This document shows, in pieces, positions 27,036 through 42,200 of a stretch of 64,000 nt of DNA. Origin of the DNA: the human T2T-CHM13v2.0 reference genome, Homo sapiens. The stretch lies in NCBI RefSeq assembly GCF_009914755.1, contig NC_060934.1. One strand, given 5' to 3'. The notes beneath the pieces are model-generated. The model saw nothing but the letters and a program-made list of their open reading frames with translations, was not told where the DNA came from and made no database searches. How positions within the stretch are numbered: the stretch's first letter is position 1; each line of letters opens with the position of its first letter. The position numbers were made by a program, and so were the translations under genes.

Positions 27036-29189
27036 TATAGATGCATATTAGGCCGCTGTAAAGTTTTAGTATTCTTTTCAGGAGAGAGACTGCCAACTTT
27101 TGAACCTAATTAGTACAAGTATATTGCTTCTTCATATTTTGATTAAGGCAAAGAGAGTCTAGTTAAACATAATTCAACTTATGGTGGAAATGCTATAAAT
27201 TGCTGTGAAGTGAGTTGCTGGCTATGGCTTGTCAGAGCAAATATATTGTACAAATCTTAGGGGAGAATTAGTGCTTATGCATTCCAATCAAATCATCTTG
27301 CAGCAGACTGAGAAAAAGGTTAGATTTTTAAAATAATGTTGAAGTCATGAAAAGAGCAAATATGCTCAACAAAGAGCCTAGCAACCCTCAATGACCAATT
27401 CCCCTTTTATATAGTTTGGTATCTGAATTAGAATCCCAGAATCTACAAATTCCTCTGGGTGTGGGTGTGGGTGTGAGGATTTTATAACACTGCCATCACC
27501 AAGCTCTCTTTTGATATTCACTTTAAGGAGATAATTTACGGCCAACCAGAGAGCATAAACCAAAGTAGATATCTATCTAGATAGATAGATACATCTCCAT
27601 ACAATTGACAGGATACGTTCTGGCCGAGTGTGGGTACAACCTATGGGTGTGGTTGGAGAGAACATGTGTTCCACCTGAATGGCAGATCAAGATTATTCCT
27701 TCTCATCTGCTGCAATGGCTCAATGTGTTAAGGAGAGGAGCGAGACAGCAAGAACTGCATTCATTCAGTCATACAGACCAAAAGGAGGAATGTCGCCCAG
27801 CCCCCTAAACTGACCCAGAACCCAGCTCATGTCTCAACTGCTACCTCTACTACTTAGAAAGAAGTAACTCCACCAAAGCAGGGTTCTGGACAAATATATT
27901 TTTATTGATCTTATACAAATAGATGAAGATGGACTTGGATGTTAAGAAAAATAATACTATTCAAAATCAAGAGAAGACAGTCGCCCCTAGACTTAAATTA
28001 AGGGTGTGTACATTAGATAATTTAATCCAATGTATCAGGTAAAAACTTGAACAAATCTTTTGGCCTCTTCCGTAAAATTCAGGGAAGTATGTCCTCCACA
28101 AAACAGAATCAAAATATAAATGAAAGACTGGCTTAAGATGAAAGGAAACCTTATAAATGAAAAGAAGCCAGATGAGAGGGACTTAACTGAGAATGAAAAA
28201 AAACTGAGTGGACAAAATAATTATGAGAAGATGAATCTTCAAATCAGAAAGAGGGAAAAAAGCTCATTTGATACTATGGGAACTCAAAAGAGAGTGAACA
28301 CAAATGTGAAAATTCCAAGAGTACAGAAAAGTAGCATAACTAAATTAAGAGCATGAGAAAATGTACACAATTTTGAGTAATAAGAACAGAAATCAAAAGT
28401 TAGTATTGTATGTTATATTTTAGTAGAGCAACACTGAAGACGAATGAAAACAAGAAATAATATTAAATATGAACATATGGAGAACAGAATAATATTTTTA
28501 AAATTTTATTTTCTAAGTTTACCTGAAATTTTAATTTTGGTTTCTTATGTAATACCAGAGTTATTAGGAAGTTATTAGCTAATAACACTATTTTCAGTGA
28601 TATTTTAAGTATTTGTCATAGAAAAATTTCTATTTTTGAAAAATGTATATTTAAAAATACATTAAATTTGTATATACATCAATCATATGTATCGATTTAT
28701 GTTTTTTTTGAATTGCAAATGAAATTTGTATTTTTGAGTTCCTGGAATAAAATAAACTTGAATGGATTGTAATATATTATTCATGCTGTAATTCAATGTA
28801 TTTGAATTCTTTAAGAATGTTACATTTATAGTTAACAGATATTGACCTATAAATTTTCTTTCCTATAATGATGCTGTGAGACAATCTAAGAAGAATTAAA
28901 ATTTAAATTCATGTATTCCTCCTTTTTCCTCTGTTCTCTAACTGTAATATATTTTAATTACAGATGGAGGAACAGATAGATGTTAGATAAATAGGTATAT
29001 AATATATAGATCATCCAAAATTCTTATTCTTATGGTTTTATGTAGTCAGTATTTACCTCTATTTTTCTGCATGTTTATCCTTCCAATTTAGTTCATTACT
29101 TCCTGCACCTTTGATGTCATATACATAAACAGGAAATAACACATGGTGGCCAGGATGTAGAGAGAGCCACAGGACTTGTGAATAAAATC

Positions 29190-29860
29190 CACAGGCAAGG
29201 ATGTGGCGATTCGTTTTGCAATATTGGAGGGAATGCCAAACCCTATGTTTGCTGTGGAAAAGAGTATGTTAGTTCGTCAAAACATCAAAATGGTATTGCC
29301 ATATGATTCAGCAGCTCCACATCTCAGGATAGCAAAGTGACTGAAAGCAAAGTCTTGAAAAAATATTTTCACATCCATGTTTGCAGCAGCGTTATTGGCA
29401 ATAGCTAAAACGTAGAAGCAATTGAAGTGTCCAACAACAGATGAATGGATAAGCACAATATGATATATACATACAATGGAATATTATTCAGCCTTAAACA
29501 TGAGGGAAATATTCTGACGTATGTTGCAACTTGGAAGAAACTTGAGGATATTATGCCAAGTGAAATAAGTTAGTCAGTGAAGGACAAATACAGTATAATT
29601 CCATTTGTATTAAAGTGGACAGAATCATAGAGATGGTACAATGATGGTTGCCAGAAGCTGGGGGGAGGAAGAAATGGAGAAGTATTGTTTAATGGGTATA
29701 GAGTTTCAGTTTTACAAGATGAAACGAATTATGGAGATGGATGGTAGGGACGGCTGCACAATGTTATGACTATATTTAGTACCACTGAACTGTACACTTA
29801 AAATGGTTAACAGAGTACATTTTATGTTATGTGTATTTTACCACAATAAAAAAATAAAAT
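29190..29860 (+). mobile_element. L1MB-like 3' end
   Basis: TTGCCATATGATTCAGCA, CAGATGAATGGATAAGCA, GAACTGTACACTTAAAATGGTTAA...TTTTACCACAATAAAAAA. Confidence 0.75.
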
Positions 29861-31754
29861 ACCTTAGGAACATTTTCATGAAAAAGCCCACATAAAATTC
29901 ATTTTAATGCATGTGTTTATGCATAGCTTTCTATTTTTATCTTTTCTCTTTGTATTCCAAATTAAAAAAAAGATGTTTTAATTCCAAATTAAAAAGGTGT
30001 TTATATTCCAAATTAAAAAAATCCAAAGTTACAGTCAACTACACAAAAAAAGCTTAGTCTCATTAATCATTATGAAAATGCAAATGGTAACTGAAAGAAG
30101 ATAAAACTACAATTCAAAGAGAAAGCCTAAAATTTCAACCCCCCAAAAAGTCTGAGTTTTGGAGATCTGGGATGGAATAGGGTTCCTAACCTGACAACAA
30201 TGAAACAACCAAACTAACTTCAAAGTCATGACTTTATTTTTATAGCAACGAGGTTGCCAAGAACTGAGTCAAAATGTGAGGGAAAACAAGCACTTGCAAG
30301 GAGAAAGAGGACAGATGCACGTACATAGGATAGATGCAAATAGACACCACTATGACAAGTAAAGCTGGAATAATCAATAAATTCCTAAAGACAAAGTGGG
30401 GCTGGTCAGATTGGGAGACCGCTGACAGCTGCAGAAATTGGGAAAGATCCATCATCTTGAAAACTTTTTCCCCACAAACCCACTGTGATCTGTCAAGCAA
30501 TTGGTAAGGAATCCAAGAGAGTCTGTATATGACACAGATCAGGGAGAGCAGAACACTTGGGAGGTGACCAGGTCTTGGGAGCCGAGCCCTTATGAATGGG
30601 ATTAGTGCCTTTATAAAAGAAGCTCAATGGAGTTCTTGTGTGCCTTCCACTATGTGAGGACATAGAAAGAAGGCACCATCTATGAACCATGAAATTGGCT
30701 CTCATCAACACTGAATTTCTGAGCATCTTGACCTGAGATCTTACAGCCTCAAGAAGTGTGAAAAAAGAAATATCTGTTGTTTTTTAGTCACCCGGTTTAT
30801 GTTATTTTGTTATAAGAGTCCAAATAGACCAAGATATTCCACTTAATATGTAGGGGAAGGCAACAAAAACTGCCACACTTAGAATACTCCTGATGCTGGG
30901 AGTATGAAAACAGGAAAAACAAAACAAAACTGCTCTTGAAGGTGAAGGAGGAATATCACTGAGCTCACCAACACAACCAGGAAAAGAACAGAAGTGTGAG
31001 AAGGCTACATTCCTGAGACCCTGAGAAAAAGTACCTGCGTAAGACTGAGATGAAATTACATACCCTAGTTATGATTGAAATCCCAAAAAGAAAAGAGGAA
31101 AAAATAATGGAGCAAAAGAAATATTTTTCAAAATAACTGCCCAAAATATTCTAAAATAAGTTACAGAAAATCAAACTTCAAATATAGGAAACTCAGAGAA
31201 TGTCAAATAGAACAAAAAGAAATAAGAATTCCATCTTGAAAAATCTTTAAAAAATCAACTCTAAATTTTATATCTTGCTCCAAATATATAGAGATATAAA
31301 TAGGTTATCATCAAGATGTGGAGAAAGCCATATCATGGAAACACTAAAATAAAGCTGTGGAAGGACTACATTGATATTAGACACAACAGAGTTCGGAACA
31401 AGAAATAGTATCAGAGATGAGAGATAATAGATAATAGAATAATCAATTCTCAAGAAGATGTAAACATCCTACTAATTAGGGTATGCAGCTAACAACAGAA
31501 CCTCCAAATACATGAGGTAAAACATGAAAGAAATAAAAGGTGAACTAGAAAAATCCAAAATTATATTTGCAGACTTCATCTCTTTTGTCTTAGTAATGGA
31601 AAGACTAGGCACAAACTCAGTAATCATGTGGAAGTTAAGAACAACAATATCACCAACAAGACATCCAATCTTCAATGGCAGATACTCTTTCCTTTCAAGT
31701 GAAAAAAAAAAAAGTATGGCATATTCTCTAACAAACCCAGAATTTTTAATATTT

Positions 31755-32385
31755 GCGTTCTTCCTTCCTTCTTTCCATCTTCCTTTCTCTTCTCTTCCCT
31801 TCCCTTGCCTTCTTCCTTCCTTTCTTCTTTTCCTCTTCCTTTTCTTTTCTTTTTTCTTTTCCTTTCTTTCTTTTCTTTCTTTTTTCTCCTTCCTTCCTTC
31901 TTTCCTTCTCTCCCTCTTTCCTCTTATTCTTCCTTCCTTCCTCCCTCCCTTCCTTTCTCCCTCCCTTTTCTTCCTTTTCTCATAATCTTTCTTTCTTTCT
32001 CACGTTTTCTTTCCTTTTTTCTCCCTTCCTCCCGCCCTCCTTTTCTTCCTTCCTCCCTCCCTTCCTTTCCTCTTTTTCCTTCCTTCCTTCGCCTCTTTAT
32101 TTTCTTTGTTTCTTTGCCTTCCTCCCTTTTACCATTCTCTCTTCCTCCTTTCCTTCCTCCCTTCCTCCTTTCTTCCTTTCTCTGTTTCTGTTTCTTTCTC
32201 TTTCTTTCCTTCTTTCTTTCTTGTGTTCATGCTTTCTTTTTTCTCCCTTCCTGCCTTTCTTCCTTCCTCCCTCCCTCCCTTCCTTCCCTCATTTCCTCCT
32301 TCTTTTCTTTCTTCTTTCTTTCTTTATTTCCTTCCTTCCTTCTTTTTCTTTCTTTGTTTTCTTTTCTTTCTTTCTCTTTACTACA
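31755..32385. repeat. TC-rich polypyrimidine tract (copy 2, longer)
   Basis: About 630 bp of C/T sequence. Confidence 0.93.
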
Positions 32386-32470
32386 ATTCATATTATTTTA
32401 AAAAAAATTAAGAGAGGGAGACAGAAAAATAAAGAACGCTTTAATCTGCAGGTAAATTGATTATGTCTTC

Positions 32471-33288
<818 letters not shown>

Positions 33289-34270
33289 TGTAATTGTATC
33301 ATGAAAATGGGAACCATAATTTACAACTGCTTTTAATACTTCACTTGGATGTTTAAAATCATGTACATGGAAATGATCTCTATGTGCATGAGGGATGATA
33401 GCAAATTGATGCCAAAATAATGCAAACGCAAATCTTACACTCATTTCTATGTAGGTTTCATTTAATCTTTGAAATTAAAATGAAATTAAAAGATTGTGAT
33501 CTTTTGATGAAATTAGACTAAAATGAACAATAACAAAATAAGAACTTACTTATATTCTTTATATGGTCAATAAAGAAGTGATGGTGGAAAAAAACAAGAT
33601 CAAATGAAGGTGATGATTTAGGAAGTTGGAAAGATAGTTGAAACTACAAAATGGTATATAACCAGTGAACACTTAGACACACTGATTGATGAACTTCAGC
33701 TTTTGGCTTGCTGAGAGCATAAAATGAGAGCAGCTGAGGTTTGCAAATTTGTAATCTCCTTGTGGAAAAACAGGGGAAAACACATCTCAGCCTAATAAGA
33801 TTTATCTACTAAAGAGTCTAGACTTGATCCATTTGTCCTTGTAATTCAAAAGCTAATTCAAATACTGATTTGATGTATTGTGTGAACAACCATTGCTGAT
33901 TATCATCGCATACCTGGCATTCTCTTTTATCTGATATCTAAAATATTTGGTAATTCCTGGACTTTCTCTTTTCAAACCCAGTATGGTTTAATTTGAGTCT
34001 TAGAACAGTAGTCTTTGAGAAATTCTTCCCTCTACTGCATCTGTGAATGGGCATAGCATAGTTACATACATACTGTCACTCCATAGAACATTTGTTAAAT
34101 TAAAGCCAAAGTTTAAAGCAAGAGCTTTAACTTACTGGTTTTACTAATGTATTCCTCCCCAATAGCCACAACAATATTTATACTCTCACACCTTTTAGCA
34201 TAAAGCTTGGTGTTGTCTATTTTTCAGGTGCTGTCATCTATATGATCTCAGTATTTTAAAAACCAGCTTC

Positions 34271-34560
34271 CAGCCCATATGGTGGTTCATGCTTGTAATA
34301 CCAGCAGTTGAGGGGGCTGAAATGAGAGGATTCCTTGAGCCCAGGAGTTCAAAAGCAACCTGGGCAACATAGCAAGACCCAGTCTCTATCAAAGGTTAAA
34401 AAAAAAAGTGGGCATGGTGATGTGCACCTGTTATCCTAGCTATTTGGGAGGCCAAGGTGGAAGGATTGCTTGAGCTTGGGAGGCTGAGGCTGCAGTGATC
34501 AGTGATTGCACCACTGCAATCCAGCCTGGGCAACAAAGCAAGACCCTATCTCAAAAAATA
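34271..34560 (+). mobile_element. AluJ-like element
   Basis: GGATTCCTTGAGCCCAGGAGTTCAA..GCAACATAGCAAGACCC; dimeric. Confidence 0.85.
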
Positions 34561-36137
34561 TATATAATGAAAATGAAAATCAGCTCTCATTGATTTCTAT
34601 GTAAATATGCACAGGTGATGTCCATATAGACATAAATAATAATATTTCTGACAATGGGTCCATATGATCTTCAAAATGTAAAATGCCTATCTGTGTAATT
34701 TACTGGTTAGTCTCATTAATGAATATAGATTCAATTCTACTTTCTTGTTCTAGATAAATTATATAATCTAGCTTTTCATTTCACTTATTTACTGATAACA
34801 ACAGGAGGAATGAAAAGATATCTATTTTGGAAAATTACTCTGGTAGGAGTAAACATGAAACAATGATAGAATTGCACGGAAAACTAGAAAAAAGTATGGT
34901 CTTCTGATATTCTATCACATCACATACTAAAGTCCTCATAAAACTCAGATATTTTATCTAAAAATGTTATTTTCATCATAGGAATGATCAAAGCATGATA
35001 CTACAATTGTATTAAAATGTGCTTGTATCACAAGCACAGGTGCTAAAAAGGAGGGGAAAACATCATTACTGATATTTTCAACGTATGTTTTACTTTCCTT
35101 CAACATGAACCTCAACTTGATATGATGCAGATTGAAGGAAATCACCCATAATTCCATATGAAGAAGGCCTGTGATATTTTATGGGAAAATAAATAGAGAA
35201 AATGCTAACAGAAGCCCTATTAAGCATGAAGCTTTATGGAGCAAACACAAATCCAGTGGTGAAAGATACACACTAGAGTTCTGTTTGTTGTCCTGGAACA
35301 ATACGGTTTAGAGGTGACTGGCGGGTGAGGAGAACATATGCGAGTTCACCAAAGAGAAAAGCTGAATGAGGCAATGCCTCTTCCTGACCATATCTCTTAC
35401 TCAGATAACTATATAATTTATTGTCCAGTAAAGGGTATATTTAAAAATCATATTAAAAGTCATGCAGTGAAGTTGTCCAGGGAAATCAAGACTTAACAGT
35501 CTCATTCTGACAAAAATGAACAGGGGGTTTCCCTCAAGATAGACTAGGACATGACCCCACACTGGCAGATAGTAGTACCAGAAAAGAACCCATGGAAAAT
35601 TTTTACCTTATGCAGGCTAAAGTGAAAGCCAGACATAAAATTCTATCTAAAATAAATCCACAATCGTAGAAAATATGTGGTGTACAGGCATAGAATGTCT
35701 TTACTGGATCATTGAAATAGTAAGATAAATTCAACTTTTTACATTGTTTTCTTTTCCTCCAGTTAGGGCTTGAGGTTTGTCTCTGGAGAGTGACTGTCAA
35801 TTGGAGCCCTGTCTTTCTGGGGTTCTGGTCAGGGGGTTGTGGATGCTTAACATGTGCCTTTCACAGGACATTTCCTTACCCCAGCAGTGGCCAGGTGTGC
35901 ATTCCACGACCAGGCCTCCCTCTCACAGAACATCTGTTGAGACTAGGAGATTCCTGGTGACTGTTGCCTGACTTGTGTCCTGTGTATTTCTGACAAGAGC
36001 CCCTCTCAGAGACCCTGGCCAGGAGGAGAGTTAGGTTCCAGTGTAGGTCAGCTCAGACCCATGGAGGCCACAGAACCAAACATGGGAAATCACAGAAGTA
36101 GGTTTATTACTCACAGATCCAGAGAGAAGAGGGTAGC

Positions 36138-36482
36138 TGAGAAGAGGGTTTAGCTGTGTCCTCAGCCAAATCTCATCTTAAATTCCCACATGTTGTGGGA
36201 GGGAACAGGTGGGAGGTAATTGAATCATGGGGGCAGGTCTTTCCCATGCTGTTCTTCTGATAGTGAATAAGTCTCACAAGATCTAATGGTTTTATAAAGG
36301 GGAGTTTCCCTGCACAAGCTCTCGTCTTGTCTGCTGCCATGTGAGACGTGCCTTTCACCTTGTGCCATGATTGTGAGGCCTACCCAGCCATGTGGAGCTG
36401 TGCATCTATTAAACCTCTTTCTTCTGGAAATTACCCAGTCTTGGACATGTCTTTACTGGTGGTGTGAAAATGGACTAATACA
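36138..36482 (+). mobile_element. THE1A/B solo LTR with 5-bp TSD, apparently nested in an older LTR-like element (~36040-36845)
   Basis: CAAATCTCATCTT, GGGAGGTAATTGAATCATGGGG, GGAGTTTCCCTGCACAAGCTCTC, end TGGACTAATACA. GTAGC flanks both sides (36133-36137, 36483-36487). Confidence 0.85.
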
Positions 36483-38807
36483 GTAGCACACCTCATAGGG
36501 CTGAACAAAATGGGGAAGATGAGTGGGGAGCAGGAGAGAGAAAAGTGGTCTGTGGGACTCCAGCCTTTATTGGGTCCAGATCATTACCCATATAAGTTTT
36601 CCACGGGGCACTAGTCGGTGGGGTGAGTGCCAGCAGGCACATTTCTTGACTCCCGCTGCAACTGAGCAGGTCACTCTGGCGTGTGGGGGCTGTCCATGTG
36701 CGCTGTGAGGTCTGTGGGGTGAGTCAGGTAGGTTGTATCCAACGGTTCCATAGCTGGTAGTCACCAGGAGGAGGCAACTGTGTAGGGTCGATATCTGGGC
36801 AAGCCACACTGAGGAACTGTGAGGGTTAGAACTGGAAATTGTCAAGAGAATCTGAACCCAGCTACCATATGAGAGAGTTCAACTTATGTTCAATGTGAAT
36901 GCCATGGCAATATTAAAAAGTAAGAATTCACTCCATACGTGCTTGAGGTAAATAGGAGAAACCTAGAATTTATGTAAACAGTGAGAAGATTGGATGCGTT
37001 TTCCATCACATATTTTAATACTAGCAGCATATGATATATGTCAATCCATCAGGCATTCAGAAATACATGCTTATGAAAAATTTTTGCACCATCAGACAAA
37101 AGACAAGGGTAGAAGACATTTGTAACCCTATAAACACTAGTAAATTAAAAACAGAAGGACCTTTATGTCCTAACATATCTGTGTTGTGAAAGGCTGCCCT
37201 GTGAAATACGAGATTTCTTAAACATATTTTAAAAATCATAGGTGTCAATATTTTTTAGAAATCAATTTAAATTTTCTCTTGCTATTTTACAATGCCTATT
37301 TATTTATTTAGTGGCTCTGCTGATTTTGACGTATATCCTAAACTTTATATTTTCTTTAAAGGATGTTTTATACAACTTTATGTAAAATGTTTCAGTATCT
37401 TCACATTCTCTCCCTGTCCTTTTGTTTTGCTCTTATATGGTGGTCTTGAGTCTTTTCTCTGGCTTTTCAAACCTAGTAAGACTAAGACACTAAAGTAACT
37501 TTGCCCGTGGTTTGGTAATGCCTTCTAAAGCACATCCTAAGCTCTCGTGCATAGGGGGGCCTCCTTTGAGCTCTGTGCTTTTGAGATCCCATATACCTAA
37601 ATTCCAGTACTCCAAATCAGTACTGCTCAGTTTTAGTTACTAAGTTTAAAAATGTAATTTAATAGCAAGTTAGTTTAGTGCACTCTTGCTTCTTTCTTGA
37701 CTGCTTGTATACATGTATATTCCTTTAAATGAATCTTGGAACTTATTTAAAAATTTTAAATTATACTAATGAAACTGTATATTGTTGTGAATTCATAAGT
37801 GAATGTGGAAAGAATTTGTCTTTATGATAGTAAATCCTTTTTATCCAAGAATCATATGTGTCTTTATATTTATTCCAGTCTATATTTATATCACTGAGTA
37901 AATATATAGAAATGTAGATACATACAGCTGTAGTTCTAGATACAAATATAGATATAACATGTTAAATCTATATCTATCCCATATAACATATATACATGTT
38001 ATATTTGTGTGTGTATATATATATGTTTATATTATTAAAGAGCTCCCTTAAAATTTTTCTTTTATTTCCTATATAATTTTAGGTCGAGCTTGAATTTTCC
38101 TTGTATAAACAAGCAAATATTTATACTAGTTTTAATACTGATGTTTAGGCATTCTATCTTATTTTAACATTGAATATTTTCACAATTATTATAAATATTA
38201 TCTAATATTAATAATGTACCTGTTAAAAATATTTAAAATTTTACCTTTGAATTATTTTATTGTTGAATTAAAATTCCTTTAATATGATAGTAAATTTCTA
38301 TTTCATGCTTTCTCTTTGCATATGCAAATTAATCTATCCACTTCTCTATCTCTATGTAGTAACATATGAAAATCAGGCCTCTCTTCTTCTAATGGACATA
38401 CACATGTTTGCATATAGAATATCAGACTCTTTATAGCATTTAAAATCTTTAAAGACATGAATATTGCCTTTTAACAAATATATTTTAGCATGTACTGAGA
38501 ATCCCCTATTTATTTTTAATTTGGGCTAATCAATATGATTATTAATATTATTGGATTACCAAATTTGGAAACACACTTTCATCCCCAAGGTGGATATTTG
38601 TTTTTTTTTTTTTTTTGCCAATTTCTTCTCTTACTGTTTCAAACATTGTTGGATATTATTTTTATTTTATTTGGCATTTTAGTATCAACATTTCTAATTG
38701 ATGTACTCTACATATTTTTTCTTCAATATCTGGTGGGTTTTATAATTACTGCTATGTTGGATTTGTAGTAGCCATTGACAAAAATTATTCCTGTATGTTT
38801 TATAGCT

Positions 38808-39350
38808 GTATGAAGGAAACTAATATATTTTACCCCTAAATATATTTCCTTGATATATTTCAAAATGGCTATTGAGAAGGGCTGGAAATGCAACCTTAGC
38901 TGCAAAGCTGTCTTGGGGATATTTGCATCAGTAGAGAATCTGCCTTGATGCAGCCAGGCTTTCTCTGAGGTCTGCCCCTTGTCTGGATCTAGGAAAGGTT
39001 AACTGAGAGTCTGAGGTCCCCAAAAGGTCTGAAAGAAACATTTTCTGTCTATTCTCTCTGAGGACTGCTCCCAGTGAGGTTCCACCTATGTAATAAGTCC
39101 ACTGTTGCTAGCCAGCGTCATTTTCTCACATAACCTTTTTTTTTTTTTCCCTGTGATCCAAGACCCCATTCTTTCTGTTAACTTCATGTGGTAAATAAGC
39201 TTCTGCACGCATCGTGTGTCTGGGTCTTCGTTCTAAGGGCTCCAGTGTACACACATTGCAGAAACCTGTATGCCTTTTCTATTTATCTGCCTCCTATTAG
39301 TGATTTTCAGGGAAACTTCAGAAGGCAAAAGGGACATTCTCCTTTAGCCC
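38808..39350 (+). mobile_element. MER34/MER39-like ERV1 LTR
   Basis: TGAAGGAAAC..ATTTTACCCCTAAATATA..TTTCAAAATGGCTA..ATTTGCATC.GTAGAGAATCT; similar to the element at 41266-42200. Confidence 0.55.
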
Positions 39351-39537
39351 ATTCTCATACAAAATCTCCCAACATTTAACTGATTCTTAATAGCTTAAAA
39401 TCACTTTGAAAAATCCATATATTTATAACCTTTTCTTCCCTCTATGATTTCTGGTCAGCTTGGGTTTTGTTTTTCATTCCATTTATTCATCCTCGAAAAG
39501 ATCTATTTTACGTCTATTTATTCTCATTTATGGACAT

Positions 39538-39990
39538 TGAGAAAAGAAAATAACTTTCATGTGAGAAATGCAAGTCCTTTTAAATAATCAGGCCCAGAGA
39601 GATATTCAAATGAGACAGCAGTTCTGTCCTGCTCCTCTTTGAGCTGTGTGTTCATCTAGGCTGCTTGCTGTTGCCACTGTAGCTATAAATTAACCAATAA
39701 CGCCACACCAGACACTATAATCCACACCCAATAATAGTGTAACAGTGTATAGCCAGTCACTAATAAATGTTATTTCCATAAGCCAATGAGAATTTGTGAC
39801 AAACCTCTTTGCATCATCCCACTTCTGGACCCTTTTTTGCCTTTAAGAAACTGCTTGTTGCAAAGCTCCAAAGGGAGTTCATATCCAAGGATACTTGGGT
39901 CTGTTTCTTCCAGGCAGCTGTCCTCGTTTTGGCTCAAGTAAACTCTTTGAATTACCTTTTGTGCTTCAGCCCCTTCCACTTAGATTAACA
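39538..39990 (+). mobile_element. MER4-group ERV1 LTR
   Basis: TGAGAAAAGAAAATAACTTTCA..CAGGCCCAGAGAGA start; GGCTCAAGTAAACTCTTT..TTAGATTAACA end. Confidence 0.5.
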
Positions 39991-40104
39991 ACATGGATTT
40001 GTGTCACCATGTACGGCAATTAAAATGTTTACACTTTTCCCCTCGAGGGCACTGATGTGTTTTCCTGAGCACTTGGAATAGCTACGTAGTGTTTGCTGTC
40101 TAGA

Positions 40105-40295
40105 TTATGGTTTCTCAACCTTGGTGCTACTTACCTTTAGGACCAGAGGATTCTTTGTTGTGGGAGGCTGCCCTAGCAATGCTAGGTGTTTCGTTTGACC
40201 TCTAAATTTCACACCTCCACCAGTCTTGACATCCCCACAATAACCCTAGACATTGACAAATGTCTCCTGGGGAAAACTCTCCACCAGTTGACAGG
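40105..40295 (+). mobile_element. MER20 (hAT-Charlie) DNA transposon remnant
   Basis: TTTCTCAACCTTGG..ATTCTTTGTTGTGGGAGGCTG.CCT..AGACATTG.CAAATGTC.CCTGGGG. Confidence 0.75.
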
Positions 40296-41265
40296 CAAAG
40301 TTCTGGAAATATTGGAATTGTCAATTGAGATTTTATGTTATCCAAAACAAATATTTTTCTTTGTTTTTAAACATCTACTTCCATCTACTTATCTACTTAT
40401 TTTTACTTTTATTTGTAACTTAATTCCATCAAGGAGAGAGAGTGCATTTTCTGTTATGCTAAATTTTTGAAGAATGTATTGATTTTTTATGACCTGATAT
40501 ATGGATGATATGTAGATATTACATGTTTGTATTATCAAATTTCAGGGCGATAATAAAATAAATACTTATAATATTTATATAGTCACTGTATATTAGTTAT
40601 TTTCTTTCTTCACTACAGGAGTTTTTCAACCTATAGGCTATTTTTCAATTCTAGGTTATCCAGTAGATTTTGAAATGTTATGATTAAATATCTACTTCTG
40701 AAGCATTCATCTTTGCAAATGAAACAATCCCAAGCTCTTATAATGCACATCATATAAAGGGCAGATTAGTCAATATATGGTTCAGAAATAATTATGTAAT
40801 ATTTATAAGAAAATTAAAAATTTAGATCCTTAACTCAGATAACAATAATCCAAATTAAAATTTGATTTCATTACATAATGTAAAATGACACCAGAATACT
40901 AGTAAAAATGTAGATAAGTTTATATAATCTTTTTTAGCTGTAGGACTTTATTAGCATAAATTCAAATACAGGAACCAAAGTAAGATTGAGACCTATAGTC
41001 AAAGGTTAAAATGTACACATTATAGGGGCATGATTAAACTAATTTAAAGCATAATAACATGGAGAAATATTGCAAAACATACATTTTACTGAATTGTTAA
41101 TATCTAATCATTATGTGAGAACAAAATTAAAGAGTAGCTACACACGCACACACCCACACACAAATGCAATATTGTCAAATAAACGATGTTCAGCTACACT
41201 AGAAATCACACCTGTGTTTTCTCCAGAGAAAAGATTAAAAATCACAATAATATTTATTGTACATA

Positions 41266-42200
41266 TGGAGGTAAAGATACTCAAAATATTACCCTAAAAT
41301 ACATTTTTTTTTGAGATGGAGTTTTGCTTTTATTGCCCAGGCTAGAGTGCAATGGCACAATCTTGGCTCACTGAAACCTCAGCCTCCCAGGGTCAAGTAA
41401 TTCTCCTAGCTCAGCCTCCCAAGTAGCTGAGATTACAGGCATGCACCACCACACTCTGCTAATATTTTGTATTTAGTAGAGACGGGGTTTCACGATGTTG
41501 GTCAGGCTGGTCTCCAACTCCTGACTTCAGGTGATCTACCCACTTCAGCCTCCCAAAGTGCTGGGATTACAGGCGTGTGCCTGGGCAGCTTTTTGACATA
41601 TTTCAAGATGGCTACTCGGAAGACTGGAGATAGCTTCTTCTACAAGAATAGCTGAAAAGCTGTGTTTGTTGGGGAGATTTGCATTCGTAGAGAAAATCTG
41701 CATTGATATAGACAGGCTTTCCCTGAGATACTCACATGTCTGGGTTTAGGAAAGATTAACTGAGCCTGGCACGTTTACATTTCTAAAAACCATTTCCTAT
41801 CTATACTTTCCAAGAGAAGGGCTGCTCCCTGTGAGGTTTCATCCATGTAACAAGACAACCTCTGCTGCCAGGCTCCTCTTTCTTCCTTGTCGTCACCTGT
41901 CTTCCGCAAAGCCTGATTTACCAACCTACAGCTCTGTGTTTTCTGTAACCTCAAGACAGCATAGGCGAGTTGACTACCTTGCCTTTCCTGGAGTTTTTAT
42001 ATATATAGTATATATTTGTATATCTATTTATAATATACAAATATTTGTATAGATATATTTATATATATTATGTAAACTCCAAGTGCATACTTGTGTACAT
42101 ATCTGTAAACCTTTCTTTCCTGTTAATTTGTACATTATCAGTTTGTTTTATAGACTCAAATAATTAAAGCTTCAAGGGAAAAAGTTAAACTTTCCTATAG
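41266..42200 (+). mobile_element. MER34-like LTR interrupted by an antisense Alu
   Basis: AAAATATTACCCTAAAATAC [Alu] TTTGACATATTTCAAGATGGCTA..GAGATTTGCATTCGTAGAGAAAATC. Confidence 0.55.
41304..41588 (-). mobile_element. AluS (Sq/Sp-like)
   Basis: GAGATGGAGTTTTGC..TTGCCCAGGCT.GAGTGCAATGGC; full dimer. Confidence 0.88.

Noticed and set aside
28120-28356. 78-aa lysine-rich ORF
   Set aside because: A-rich sequence with no recognisable domain; likely a chance ORF or degraded repeat.
20423-32460. F/L/S/P-rich membrane-protein-like ORFs at 20423-21074 and 31524-32460
   Set aside because: They are translations of TC-rich low-complexity tracts.
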